Shown here in pieces: positions 49,654 through 59,348 of a stretch of DNA of 64,000 bases. Where the stretch lies: positions 14,814-78,813 of the forward strand of contig CALXTS010000003.1 in NCBI GenBank assembly GCA_944391465.1, given 5' to 3'. The position numbers and the translations under genes were made by a program. A model generated the notes under the pieces. The model was not told the DNA's origin, made no database searches, and saw only the letters and a list, made by a program, of their open reading frames with translations. This DNA comes from an uncultured Alphaproteobacteria bacterium (GTDB lineage: Bacteria > Pseudomonadota > Alphaproteobacteria > RF32 > CAG-239). Every line of letters starts with the position of its first letter. Within the stretch, counting starts at the first letter, position 1.

Positions 49654-50372
49654 TGAGCCTAAAGATTTATACCGTACCTTGCCGTATTGGCTATATGGAT
49701 AATTATAGTTACATTTTGGTTGATGATGATACCTTAATCTCTGCCGTAATAGATCCATCAGAAACCCAACCGATAGTTGATGAGTTATCAAAACTTAAAA
49801 TAAAGCCGCAATACATCTTAAATACACACCACCATTTTGACCATACGGACGCAAATCTGGAACTTAAAGAACACTATGGCGCAAAAGTTGTCGGTAATCA
49901 AGCAGACTATAAACGCATACCAGGCTTTGATATTGGCGTAAACGACGGGGAAACTTTCTCTTTAGGAAAATCAAAAGCTGAAATAATCGATGTTTCAGCA
50001 CACACCAAAGGACATATTTTATGGTATTTCAAAAAAGATAAAGCTCTTTTTACGGGAGATACTTTATTTAATCTTTGCGTTGGCGGACTTTTTGAAGGAA
50101 CCGAACAAGATATGTTTTTAGCTCTGCAAAAAATTAAATCTTTACCTGATGATGTTTTATTTTATCCAGGACATGAATATACCATGCATGCGGCATTTTT
50201 TGCCAAACAATACAATCAAAACAGCCAAGAAATCACTCAATATCTAAAAAACGCGGAACAACGTCTTCGACAAGGATTACCCGTTGGTCCAGTAACTTTA
50301 GGAATTGAAAAAAACTGCAATCCATATCTAGAAGCTGATACTATAGAAGATTTTTGCCGAATAGGAGAATAA
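49653..50372 (+). CDS. gloB: Hydroxyacylglutathione hydrolase (glyoxalase II)
   Basis: 239 aa. Metallo-beta-lactamase motif THHHFDHTD, with a GloB-like length and C-terminus. Its start overlaps the upstream stop by 1 nt. Confidence 0.9.
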   Translation: MSLKIYTVPCRIGYMDNYSYILVDDDTLISAVIDPSETQPIVDELSKLKIKPQYILNTHHHFDHTDANLELKEHYGAKVVGNQADYKRIPGFDIGVNDGETFSLGKSKAEIIDVSAHTKGHILWYFKKDKALFTGDTLFNLCVGGLFEGTEQDMFLALQKIKSLPDDVLFYPGHEYTMHAAFFAKQYNQNSQEITQYLKNAEQRLRQGLPVGPVTLGIEKNCNPYLEADTIEDFCRIGE

Positions 50373-50385
50373 GAGCGTCAGAAAT

Positions 50386-50415
50386 AAGACAAAAATATAG
50401 ACAAATTTCTATAAT
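50386..50415 (+). promoter_or_regulatory. Candidate promoter of the 883-aa gene
   Basis: AAGACA (50386-91), 18-nt spacer, TATAAT (50410-15), about 50 nt upstream of the ATG. Confidence 0.35.
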
Positions 50416-50463
50416 TGTGCTAGATTTATTTATAAGAACAAAATTTAACTGAAAGTAAATACC

Positions 50464-53115
50464 ATGTTGGATATGGATACAAATTTAAATCTCTTCATAG
50501 AATACCTTGAAAAGGTACAAGACAAATATCCAAAACGTGCCGATGCGGATAAAGTTGCACAGTTGGTAAATACTTATTGGAATATTCCGGAAAACGAACG
50601 CGAATCCAAAATAAAACCGAGCGGAAATATTGATATCAATCAGGAAGAACCTGAAAATGCACGCAACGTTTTAGAAACTGAATTATGGAAACTGCTTGTA
50701 GAACGCGGAATTGATATAAAAAAAACAGAAGACAAGCAATTTATTCAGCACCTTTATCATTACTTTGAATATGCCGATGATAAATTTGAAGCTCTTCACG
50801 AATTAAAAACCTACAAAACAGAAAGCAATGTTGCACCGCATATCGAAAGATATGACGATATCCAAAAACAATTGCGTTCTTTACTTTACAAAACAGACCG
50901 AAACGGTCAAGAAATTGAACCGCTGACAGAATTTGCAGATAACGAGTATAACAGTGGATACTATCCTGAACAGATTGATTATATTTTTCGTGAAAAAGTC
51001 AAATCCAACAACAGTAATCCGCTCCGTTCGGACAAAGCTGCGTTTTTAGATGTCAACTATATCTTCAATCAACGCGGAGAGCCGGCAAAAGTGTTGGCCG
51101 ATGAGCTTTCAGCCCAACCAGCAAACGCTCAAACACTTCTGACATCTGCCGTTATAATCAACAGCAATCAAGAAACCGATAAACTTAAACAATTTATAGG
51201 AATTCTAAAAGAGCATCCTAAAAAATTTGAAAATATCGCTATTCCGCTAGCCTTAGATTATGGTAATGATAAAGGTCATATTATTACCATGTTCATTGAT
51301 AAAGACCAAAATGTTCAAATCATCGACCAGCTTGGAAATATAGACCCAAAATCAAAACCATACAAAGATAAATTGACCTCCATGCTCAAAGAGCTTGGTT
51401 TTGAAGAATCTAAAATACAGCATAATCAAAATAAGCGCGTTACCAGAAATCGAAATGACTGCGCAACTTACAGCTCATATATCTGTGAAAACCTACTGGC
51501 CGGCATCCCGCTTCCGGCAGAAAATGATCCGGTAATTGATGTCGGTATTGCCGGTAATGAAATAGATACCCAACACCAACAAGATAAAGATGATATTATC
51601 ATCGGCATAGCTCGTTTGTATTTGGACGATCCTCTGTTTTGTATGTACTATAAAGATTTAGGACATGATATTGATAATATAAAAAATGCCATAGAAAGCC
51701 GAAGTGCCGCAGATATTTCAATGCTGAAAGACTTCATTAACGAATATAAAAATTATCATTTAAGTGATAATGTAAAAGGGCATATTCGCGATGGCAACCC
51801 CAGCAATTCCCATCAAGGAATTCCGGCAGAAGAGTGGAAAGATGAGGTTGATCCCCATATTCAAGCCCTATTCCACGAATACGAGATTCCTTTCAAAGAA
51901 GAGCATGATGAAGAACACCCTGACTGGCTAATCTATACTTATGAAGACCGTAGCATCATTTTCACCAAGAATGCAAATGACATCATCGCCAATTCTTACA
52001 TAAACAGTGATAATTATGCAGATTACCTGATATTGGCCAAAACATATAAAGCCATGGGAGAAACTAAAGTCCAATTTGATTTTGAAGAAAAAGAAAATGC
52101 CGCCAAAATGCTCAAAGCCGCCTATTCGGTAGGATTAGAGGTTGTAAATGCTCCCGATTTGGAAAGTTTTCGTGATTTGCCCGAATATGCTGATATCAAA
52201 AAACTTTATTACACTTTTGAATACAATAAAAACAACAAAATTGAGCAAGAAACACATGCACTTATGAACGCCTCAACACCTCCGCCGGTAGGCGTTGATG
52301 ATGAGCGCACACCTGAACAAATAGACTATTACAACTGTTATCAAGCTCTTGAGCTGGCAAAACAAAATATTTCAGATGCTCTTAACGGATATGGAAGCGG
52401 AACACCTGAACAGCAAGAATATTATGCATTTTATCGGCAAGAAGAAATTGCACGCTATGACTATCAACGTCTCATGCACGGTGATGACAGCGTTACTCCG
52501 CCGGTAGCCCCGATACTAGACACTGCTGCCGTTAATGCAACTTACGTTGAAATTAATCAGTTGCAACATTTATTGGATGCCGAAAATGCAAAACCGACAC
52601 CTGATGCAGCAGAAATTGCAAGATTAGAGGGAGAAATAAACGCCAGAAAAAATTCTTCTCCTTATCAAGAATATCGTCAAGCCCGAGATGCTCTTGCCGA
52701 AGCACAAAAAAACCTAAAAGAATGCCAATTAGGACAAGAATTGAGAGATGCCGAAAAGAAATACCAAAGCACACCTCTTGTACAACAACAGAAAAAAGCC
52801 CATAAGCAAAAAAATAAAATTATGAGCGAGGCAATTGATTTTTATATTAATGACGGCAATACCGGAACTGAAGCGGATCGAATAAGAGTAGAAAAATTAG
52901 TCCGCATATCCAGCCTCGGAATTGCCGACGAGACAGCTCGTGCATTATATGTTGAACAAAAAATGGCTGATTTTGATAGCAAAAACGATTCTGAAAAAGC
53001 TCAAGTTTTAAAAGAAGCCCAAAATAAAAGACGCACGGCACACAAGCTCGGTCAAAATGACCTTGGAAACAGCATCGCCGAATGGTATCAAAATAAACAA
53101 CAAGAGTATAGATAA
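50464..53115 (+). CDS. Large orphan protein with CE-clan (Ulp1/C48-like) cysteine-protease signature; candidate effector
   Basis: 883 aa, no signal peptide. GHIITMFIDKDQNVQIIDQLG (His272, Asp288) and NRNDCATYSSYICENL (Cys333) appear in Ulp1-like order and spacing. The C-terminal half is acidic and helical. Confidence 0.7.
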   Translation: MLDMDTNLNLFIEYLEKVQDKYPKRADADKVAQLVNTYWNIPENERESKIKPSGNIDINQEEPENARNVLETELWKLLVERGIDIKKTEDKQFIQHLYHYFEYADDKFEALHELKTYKTESNVAPHIERYDDIQKQLRSLLYKTDRNGQEIEPLTEFADNEYNSGYYPEQIDYIFREKVKSNNSNPLRSDKAAFLDVNYIFNQRGEPAKVLADELSAQPANAQTLLTSAVIINSNQETDKLKQFIGILKEHPKKFENIAIPLALDYGNDKGHIITMFIDKDQNVQIIDQLGNIDPKSKPYKDKLTSMLKELGFEESKIQHNQNKRVTRNRNDCATYSSYICENLLAGIPLPAENDPVIDVGIAGNEIDTQHQQDKDDIIIGIARLYLDDPLFCMYYKDLGHDIDNIKNAIESRSAADISMLKDFINEYKNYHLSDNVKGHIRDGNPSNSHQGIPAEEWKDEVDPHIQALFHEYEIPFKEEHDEEHPDWLIYTYEDRSIIFTKNANDIIANSYINSDNYADYLILAKTYKAMGETKVQFDFEEKENAAKMLKAAYSVGLEVVNAPDLESFRDLPEYADIKKLYYTFEYNKNNKIEQETHALMNASTPPPVGVDDERTPEQIDYYNCYQALELAKQNISDALNGYGSGTPEQQEYYAFYRQEEIARYDYQRLMHGDDSVTPPVAPILDTAAVNATYVEINQLQHLLDAENAKPTPDAAEIARLEGEINARKNSSPYQEYRQARDALAEAQKNLKECQLGQELRDAEKKYQSTPLVQQQKKAHKQKNKIMSEAIDFYINDGNTGTEADRIRVEKLVRISSLGIADETARALYVEQKMADFDSKNDSEKAQVLKEAQNKRRTAHKLGQNDLGNSIAEWYQNKQQEYR

Positions 53116-53117
53116 GG

Positions 53118-53594
53118 CTATTTGCTGATTTTGGGAAAACCATCCGTTTGCCGCAAACATTCCCCGACCACCATAACCGCGGAAACCGCAACATTTATGG
53201 AACGAGCTTTTTCGTTCATGGGAATCAGCAATCTCGCATCGGCAATTTGATGAACTTCTTGCGGAACACCTGCACTTTCGCGTCCCATAAGAATAATATC
53301 GTTTTTTTGAAATTTAAATTCTGTATAAGGCTGACTGGCATGTGTCGTTAACAAAACCAAACGGCCGTATTCATCTGGATGCTTTTCTCTAAAATCCAAA
53401 AAATCGAGCCAACTATCATGGCGTCGATATTTAACCATATCAAGATAATCCATACCTGAACGTTTTAACGTCCGCTCGGAAAAAATAAACCCGCAAGGTT
53501 CAATAATATCCAATTCCACATCCAAACAAGCTCCCAACCTGAGCAATGTGCCCGTATTTTGCGGAATATCCGGTTGAAATAAAGCCAGCCTCAT
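53118..53594 (-). CDS. trmL: tRNA (cytidine/uridine-2'-O-)-methyltransferase TrmL (SpoU family)
   Basis: 158 aa. N-terminal LFQPDIPQNTGTLLRL and C-terminal SINVAVSAVMVVGE knot motif. Confidence 0.85.
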   Translation of the reverse strand: MRLALFQPDIPQNTGTLLRLGACLDVELDIIEPCGFIFSERTLKRSGMDYLDMVKYRRHDSWLDFLDFREKHPDEYGRLVLLTTHASQPYTEFKFQKNDIILMGRESAGVPQEVHQIADARLLIPMNEKARSINVAVSAVMVVGECLRQTDGFPKISK

Positions 53595-53623
53595 ACACTC
53601 TCCTTTAACTTTGCCAAAAGGGA

Positions 53624-54733
53624 CTAAACATTGAAAAGGAAGTTGAGCAAATCACCGTCTTGAACCACATAATCTTTTCCCTCCGAGCGCATTTTTCCGG
53701 CTTCTTTACAGGCTTGTTCGCCACCCAACTTAACATAATCATCATAAGAAATTGTTTCGGCACGAATAAAGCCTCTCTCAAAATCGGAATGGATAATTCC
53801 GGCGCATTGAGGAGCCTTTGAGCCTTTAAGAAAAGTCCAAGCTCTAACCTCTTTTGGTCCGGCCGTAAAATAAGTCTGCAAGCCTAAAAGATTATATCCC
53901 TCGCGAATAATTTTAGTTAATCCGGTTTCTTCCAGTCCGAGAGAAGCTAAAAATTCCTTTTTCTCATCTTCTGATTCCAACTGAGCAACCTCAGATTCTA
54001 TTTCTGCGGAAATAATTACGGCTCTGGCTCCCTCTTGCGCTGCTTTTTCAAAAACTTTTTTTGAAAATTCATTACCGGAAGCTGCCGATTCTTCATCAAC
54101 ATTGCAAACATACAAAACCGGCTTTGAGGTGAGTAACTGCAACATTTTATAAGCCTTACAAGCATCTTTGTTTGAGGCATCGGGCGCAGCGGTTCTTGCC
54201 GGTTTTCCGGACTTTAAAGCCTCAATAATCGGCGTCATGACACTCACATTGACAATAGCTTCTTTATCGCCGCCTTTGGCTTTTTTCTGAGCCTGATCAA
54301 AACGTTTTTCAAGAGACTCCAAATCAGCAATCATTAATTCCGTTTCAACAATTTCAGCGTCACGAATAGGATCAACCGAACCTTCGACATGCGTAATATT
54401 TTCATTTTCAAAACAGCGTAAGACATGAATAATCGCATCAACTTCACGAATATTTGCCAGAAATTGGTTTCCCAAACCTTCACCTTTGGAAGCACCTTTA
54501 ACCAAGCCGGCAATATCAACAAATTCCAATTGAGTTGGAACCACATTTTTAGGTTTAACCAGTTCAACCAACTTATCCAAACGCTTATCCGGAACCGCAA
54601 CTCTGCCTGTATTTGGTTCTATTGTACAAAACGGAAAATTTGCCGCCTGAGCAGCAATCGTTTGTGTTAAAGCATTAAACAACGTAGATTTACCGACATT
54701 AGGCAAACCGACAATTCCGCAATTAAACCCCAT
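53624..54733 (-). CDS. ychF: Ribosome-binding ATPase YchF
   Basis: [23 protein letters not shown]. Start set to the ATG at 54733 behind AAGGAG (ORF-track 54754). C-terminal TGS-like domain. Confidence 0.95.
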   Translation of the reverse strand: MGFNCGIVGLPNVGKSTLFNALTQTIAAQAANFPFCTIEPNTGRVAVPDKRLDKLVELVKPKNVVPTQLEFVDIAGLVKGASKGEGLGNQFLANIREVDAIIHVLRCFENENITHVEGSVDPIRDAEIVETELMIADLESLEKRFDQAQKKAKGGDKEAIVNVSVMTPIIEALKSGKPARTAAPDASNKDACKAYKMLQLLTSKPVLYVCNVDEESAASGNEFSKKVFEKAAQEGARAVIISAEIESEVAQLESEDEKKEFLASLGLEETGLTKIIREGYNLLGLQTYFTAGPKEVRAWTFLKGSKAPQCAGIIHSDFERGFIRAETISYDDYVKLGGEQACKEAGKMRSEGKDYVVQDGDLLNFLFNV

Positions 54734-54898
54734 TCCAAACTCCTTGATTAGCAAAATAAATTTTTTTCCTTATAAACGATAATCATGAGTTTTTCAATAA
54801 GAAAAGCCGCTACCTTTTCACTGGCGACGGCTTTTCTCTACAATAACGTTTCTCTGCATAAAAGATTTTGATATTAAGGGATACCTCAGAAGAAAGAA

Positions 54899-55471
54899 TT
54901 ACTTCTTTTGCAACATACCGATTTGCCCTGAAAAATCTGCCACTCCTTTTTTCAACAAAACGGGAAGCGTTTTTACGACAATATCAATATCTTCAGAAAT
55001 TAAGGCCTTGTCTGCTTTATTAAAACCGGACAAAACATGATTTACCACAGCCTCTCCGTTTCCTTGCGGATGTCCAACACCGATTCGTATTCTGTTATAA
55101 GCCGGAGAAATTGCCGCATCAATAGACTTCAAACCATTATGTCCGCCGGCACCGCCTCCGCATTTAGCCTTAATTTTTCCAACCGGCAAATCCATATCAT
55201 CGTGAATCACAATAACATTCTGCGGTAAAATTTTATAAAAAGCGGCAGCCTTAACAACTGAATTTCCTGACAAATTCATATATGTTTGCGGTTTTAATAT
55301 AAATACTTTTTCCCCTTCAATATTTCCCTCAGCAATCAAACCATCAAACTTAACTTTATATGAGGAAAATCCAAAAGCCTCATGCAAAGCATCTGCCGCC
55401 ATAAAACCGACATTATGACGCGTATTGGCATACTCTGCCCCCGGATTCCCCAAACCAACAACTAAAAACAT
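54899..55471 (-). CDS. pth: Peptidyl-tRNA hydrolase
   Basis: MFLVVGLGNPG..TRHNVGF. The ORF-track start at 55477 is a TTG; the first ATG is at 55471. Confidence 0.9.
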   Translation of the reverse strand: MFLVVGLGNPGAEYANTRHNVGFMAADALHEAFGFSSYKVKFDGLIAEGNIEGEKVFILKPQTYMNLSGNSVVKAAAFYKILPQNVIVIHDDMDLPVGKIKAKCGGGAGGHNGLKSIDAAISPAYNRIRIGVGHPQGNGEAVVNHVLSGFNKADKALISEDIDIVVKTLPVLLKKGVADFSGQIGMLQKK

Positions 55472-55550
55472 CTGCAACCTTCAAAACAAAAAAGAGCGAT
55501 TTTCAAGGCAAAACACCTCGACAAACCGCTCTTTAATTCTTTTTTTAAAC

Positions 55551-55841
55551 TTATTTTCTGAGAAAATCAACGTGAATAGGTCTGTCAGATACCGGATGGA
55601 ATTGAACATCCTGACAAACAACGCTGTATTTCTTACCGTCGAGGACAATTGTAATATCAGCTTTATAAAAACCGAAAGTATCCAAAGCTTTTTCAAGCTC
55701 AACCGGATGCAAAGAAATCATAATCGGTTCTTGTTTACCACCATAAATAACGGCAGGGATACGACCCTCACGACGACATGCACGAGCTGCCCCCTTACCT
55801 GCTTTCTCACGCTTTTCAGCATTAAATGTAATTTCAACCAT
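55551..55841 (-). CDS. rplY: 50S ribosomal protein L25, short form (no Ctc C-terminal domain)
   Basis: 96 aa. Motifs REGRIPAVIYGG and HPVSDRPIHVDF. AAGGA RBS. The stop comes directly after the N-terminal domain. Confidence 0.85.
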   Translation of the reverse strand: MVEITFNAEKREKAGKGAARACRREGRIPAVIYGGKQEPIMISLHPVELEKALDTFGFYKADITIVLDGKKYSVVCQDVQFHPVSDRPIHVDFLRK

Positions 55842-55947
55842 TTTAACAATCCTTATAAAATTAAACCTTACGACAACCTCCAGGGGTGTTATCGTAAAAC
55901 AAAGGTTTTGTACAACACTTTTTCATATATTTCAAGGAATTTTAAAC

Positions 55948-55980
55948 AAAAAAAGGTTCTTTTCTTCACAGAAAAGAACC
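55948..55980 (-). terminator. Rho-independent terminator of the 56849..56044 two-gene unit
   Basis: On the minus strand, GGTTCTTTTC-loop-GAAAAGAACC followed by T7. Confidence 0.85.
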
Positions 55981-56043
55981 TTTACACCTTCCGAGGGCAG
56001 AGAAGGCTTTTTATTGAGATGGTCAATTACAAACTATTGCCCC

Positions 56044-56517
56044 CTATTCAAAATTGCATATTTTTAAGCTGACCTCAATTCTGAAGTCAACCAATTTGGC
56101 TTCGGCCACTTGATAGGTCGCCCCTCTGGCAACATCTATCTGAGAACAACAATAATATGCTCTCATTCTGCGCCCATCTTTTTCAAGTATTCCTATGCAT
56201 TCATAACGCTGGTTTACGGAATCTCTTCTGAAAAATTCCCCTACTTGAAAAGTAGCCAAACTCTTCTTTTCCAAAAATTTTTGTAGCCTTTTCATCAGCA
56301 TGCAAATCGTATAAATTTGCATGAGGAAAAGAGGTACAATAAAACCAACGTTTGCCATTGAATTAACCAAACCCATGGCTAAAACAACCAATAGAAAAAC
56401 GCTGGACATTCCCATCAAAATAATTTTTTGAGCTGAAAGAATTGTTCTCTCCGACCAAAAAGCAACATATGAAAGAGTTATTATCATCGTTGCTATTTCG
56501 CATACCAATCCTGCCAT
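56044..56517 (-). CDS. Hypothetical membrane protein (3-4 TM + C-terminal soluble domain)
   Basis: 157 aa. Its start lies 2 nt after the stop of the upstream small gene. No family recognised. Confidence 0.5.
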   Translation of the reverse strand: MAGLVCEIATMIITLSYVAFWSERTILSAQKIILMGMSSVFLLVVLAMGLVNSMANVGFIVPLFLMQIYTICMLMKRLQKFLEKKSLATFQVGEFFRRDSVNQRYECIGILEKDGRRMRAYYCCSQIDVARGATYQVAEAKLVDFRIEVSLKICNFE

Positions 56518-56519
56518 AA

Positions 56520-56849
56520 CTACGAAACTTTTTGAGATTTAACAATAAAGCTGAGAGGCGTTACCTCCCATGCATCTTCACTCTCTACATAATCTCCGAG
56601 GAGACACTCTACAAAATCCCCTTTTTTCGCTCCTTTCGGAACCGTTGACAATACGGCATTCATTAGTCTTCCTGAATGAGAGAAAATACCTTTACAATCT
56701 CTCCCTTCAATTTCGGTAATCTTCACATCGACTACCTCTTTAATAACCACTTTTTTTACGATTGCAGCAATTAATAAAAAAGCCACAAACGCAATCATAC
56801 CAAGAACAATCCCGTTCTCAGTAATAAAATCTTTAACTACTTCCATCAT
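56520..56849 (-). CDS. Hypothetical membrane-anchored small protein (N-terminal TM + beta-rich domain)
   Basis: 109 aa. One TM helix (GIVLGMIAFVAFLLIAAIV), then about 75 aa. No family recognised. Confidence 0.5.
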   Translation of the reverse strand: MMEVVKDFITENGIVLGMIAFVAFLLIAAIVKKVVIKEVVDVKITEIEGRDCKGIFSHSGRLMNAVLSTVPKGAKKGDFVECLLGDYVESEDAWEVTPLSFIVKSQKVS

Positions 56850-56929
56850 AATTTTTTTTTAATTAAATAGTTTATAAATAATGTTTTCTAATGTGATTAA
56901 TTTTAGACAAAATTTCACAAAAGTCAAAT

Positions 56930-56955
56930 AAAAAAGCTACCCTTTTGTGGTAGCT
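56930..56955 (-). terminator. Rho-independent terminator of pnp
   Basis: On the minus strand, AGCTACC-ACAAAAG-GGTAGCT followed by T6. Confidence 0.85.
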
Positions 56956-56982
56956 CTTTTAATTTAGATTTCCGTCCGGAAA

Positions 56983-59103
56983 TTATTTTTCCATATCAGA
57001 TCCGTCTTCCTGATTAACACGTTTGGCAGATAATTTAATTTTACCACGATTATCTGTTCCCATGCATTTAACCCAAATCTGATCTCCTTCTTTATAAAAG
57101 TCAGAAACAGAAGCAATTCGCTCATTTTTAACCTCAGAAATATGAACCAAACCTTCCGTAGTTCCAAGAAAACGAACAAAAGCACCAAAATCCATGATTT
57201 TGGTAATCGTACCATGATAAATTTTGCCTTCTTCCGGCTCAGCCACAATACCCATAATCCATTCCAACGCAGCATCGCCGTCTTCTTTTTTCATAGAAGC
57301 AATTTTTACAACGCCGTCATCTGTAATATCAATTTTGGTATGCGTTTTTTCAACAATTTCTCGAATGACTTTACCACCCGTACCAATAACTTCACGGATT
57401 TTATCAACCGGAATCTTAATGGCGACGATTCTCGGAGCTTTGTCAGAAACATGAGGTCTCGGCTCAGCTATGGCCTTTGCCATCTCGCCAAGAATATGAA
57501 TACGCCCCTCATGAGCTTGAGCCAAAGCTGTCTTCATAATATCTTTGGTAATAGATGTAATCTTAATATCCATTTGCAAAGCGGTAACCCCGTCTTTAGT
57601 TCCGGCGACCTTAAAATCCATATCGCCCAAGTGATCTTCATCACCAAGGATATCTGTTAAAACGGCAACGCGACCATCTTCTTCTTTAATTAAACCCATT
57701 GCAATTCCGGCAACCGGCTTTTCCATCGGCACACCTGCAGCCATTAAAGACATTGTTGTTCCGCAAACCGTAGCCATTGAAGAAGAACCGTTAGATTCCA
57801 TAATTTCAGAAACGACCCGAACCGTATAAGGGAAAGCATCTTTATCCTTAGGCATCATCGGATGAATAGCACGCCAAGCCAATTTTCCATGTCCGATTTC
57901 ACGACGTCCCGGACTACCGATTCGACCACATTCACCAACCGAGAACGGAGGGAAGTTATAATTTAACATAAAGTCTTCTTTATATTCATCCATAAGACCA
58001 TCAACAACTTGAGCATCTTCACCTGTACCCAAAGTTGTCACAACCAATGCCTGAGTCTCACCGCGTGTAAACAATGCAGAACCATGAGCCATAGGTAATA
58101 CATCAACCTGACACTCAATCGGGCGAACCGTTTTAGTATCACGACCATCGATTCGATGTCCTGTTGTTAAAACCTTTTCACGAACAACCTTATGCATTAA
58201 TTTTTCTATCGCATCACCAACATAGCGATTTTCAATTTCATTTTCAGGATCAATCGTGGCCTTAACCTCTTCAGAAGTCTGACCGACTAAAGTCCCGCGT
58301 TTAAGTTTATCCGTCTCCTTAAAAGCCTCTTCAAACTTTGCTCTGAACTCTTTTTCAATTCTGTCATAAAGAGCATCAAACTCTGGCGGAAAAGCTGGGG
58401 TTTCCCAAGGTTCTTTACCTGCTTCGGCTTTCAACTGTTCAATCAAATCAATAACCGGTTGAAAATTATCAAAACCGAACATAACAGCACCGAGCATTGT
58501 CTCTTCTGAAAGCTCCTGAGCCTCGGATTCCACCATTAATACACCCTCTTTGGTTCCGGCGACCACTAACTCTAACTCAGTATCTTTAAGCTGTTCCAAA
58601 GTCGGGTTCAAAATATACTGACCGTTTTTATAGCCGATTTTAGCTCCGGCAATCGGCCCCATAAACGGAATACCCGAAACAGCCAAAGCGGCAGAAGCGG
58701 CAATCATTGAAGGAATATCGGAATCTGTCTCTTTATCATGTGACAAAACAGTACAAATAATTTGTACTTCATTTTTAAAAGCATCGGGAAACAACGGACG
58801 AATAGGTCTATCAATCAAACGAGACAACAAAACTTCTCGTTCACTTGGTTTTCCCTCGCGTTTCATAAAACCACCGGGAACTTTTCCGGCAGCATAGTAT
58901 TTTTCTTGATAATTAACCGTCAAAGGAAAGAAATCCTGATCAGCCTTTACCTCTTTTGCCGCACAAACCGTTGCAATGACTTGCGTTTCACCATAGGTAA
59001 CCACAACGGCACCAGTTGCCTGTCTTGCAAGTTTACCTGTTTCCAATACCAATTTACGTCCGCCCCATTCCATCTCTTTGCGGCATATTTTAAAATCAAT
59101 CAT
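56983..59103 (-). CDS. pnp: Polyribonucleotide nucleotidyltransferase (PNPase)
   Basis: Two RNase PH domains, then KH and S1 domains ([18 protein letters not shown]). Start set to the ATG at 59103 ([15 protein letters not shown]) rather than the ORF-track 59181. Confidence 0.95.
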   Translation of the reverse strand: MIDFKICRKEMEWGGRKLVLETGKLARQATGAVVVTYGETQVIATVCAAKEVKADQDFFPLTVNYQEKYYAAGKVPGGFMKREGKPSEREVLLSRLIDRPIRPLFPDAFKNEVQIICTVLSHDKETDSDIPSMIAASAALAVSGIPFMGPIAGAKIGYKNGQYILNPTLEQLKDTELELVVAGTKEGVLMVESEAQELSEETMLGAVMFGFDNFQPVIDLIEQLKAEAGKEPWETPAFPPEFDALYDRIEKEFRAKFEEAFKETDKLKRGTLVGQTSEEVKATIDPENEIENRYVGDAIEKLMHKVVREKVLTTGHRIDGRDTKTVRPIECQVDVLPMAHGSALFTRGETQALVVTTLGTGEDAQVVDGLMDEYKEDFMLNYNFPPFSVGECGRIGSPGRREIGHGKLAWRAIHPMMPKDKDAFPYTVRVVSEIMESNGSSSMATVCGTTMSLMAAGVPMEKPVAGIAMGLIKEEDGRVAVLTDILGDEDHLGDMDFKVAGTKDGVTALQMDIKITSITKDIMKTALAQAHEGRIHILGEMAKAIAEPRPHVSDKAPRIVAIKIPVDKIREVIGTGGKVIREIVEKTHTKIDITDDGVVKIASMKKEDGDAALEWIMGIVAEPEEGKIYHGTITKIMDFGAFVRFLGTTEGLVHISEVKNERIASVSDFYKEGDQIWVKCMGTDNRGKIKLSAKRVNQEDGSDMEK

Positions 59104-59172
59104 ATTTCTTCCTTTTCTTTTCTCTATATAACCTCTACCTGCCCCATGCAGGATTTTATTATTAAAAGAACA

Positions 59173-59194
59173 GCGGAGCAACTAACTGCTCCGC
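59173..59194 (-). promoter_or_regulatory. Perfect 8-bp hairpin in the rpsO-pnp spacer (candidate pnp leader processing/autoregulation stem)
   Basis: GCGGAGCA-N6-TGCTCCGC, 70 nt upstream of the pnp start. By analogy to the E. coli RNase III site in the pnp leader. Confidence 0.35.
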
Positions 59195-59348
59195 AGCTCT
59201 CAAATTCTACCTCTATTAACAAAAGTAAAATTATGGAAACCAAGTCGGCCAACTTTTAACAACAAAAAGGCACCGGCATTTTTAAAAACGCCCAAACTTT
59301 TAGCATGAAAAAAAAGCCGCCCTACAAGCTCCATAAAATTGAATTCCA

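Noticed and set aside
55425-56072. 215-aa plus-strand ORF, strikingly long for AT-rich DNA and spanning two intergenic spacers.
   Set aside because: It is antisense to pth, rplY and the 157-aa gene, and it crosses a terminator hairpin. Its composition is low-complexity N/F/L/T-rich with no RBS, so it is judged spurious.
57142-59259. Plus-strand ORFs (172, 76 and 165 aa) inside pnp and its leader.
   Set aside because: These are antisense shadow ORFs with low-complexity composition, whereas PNPase on the opposite strand is unambiguous.
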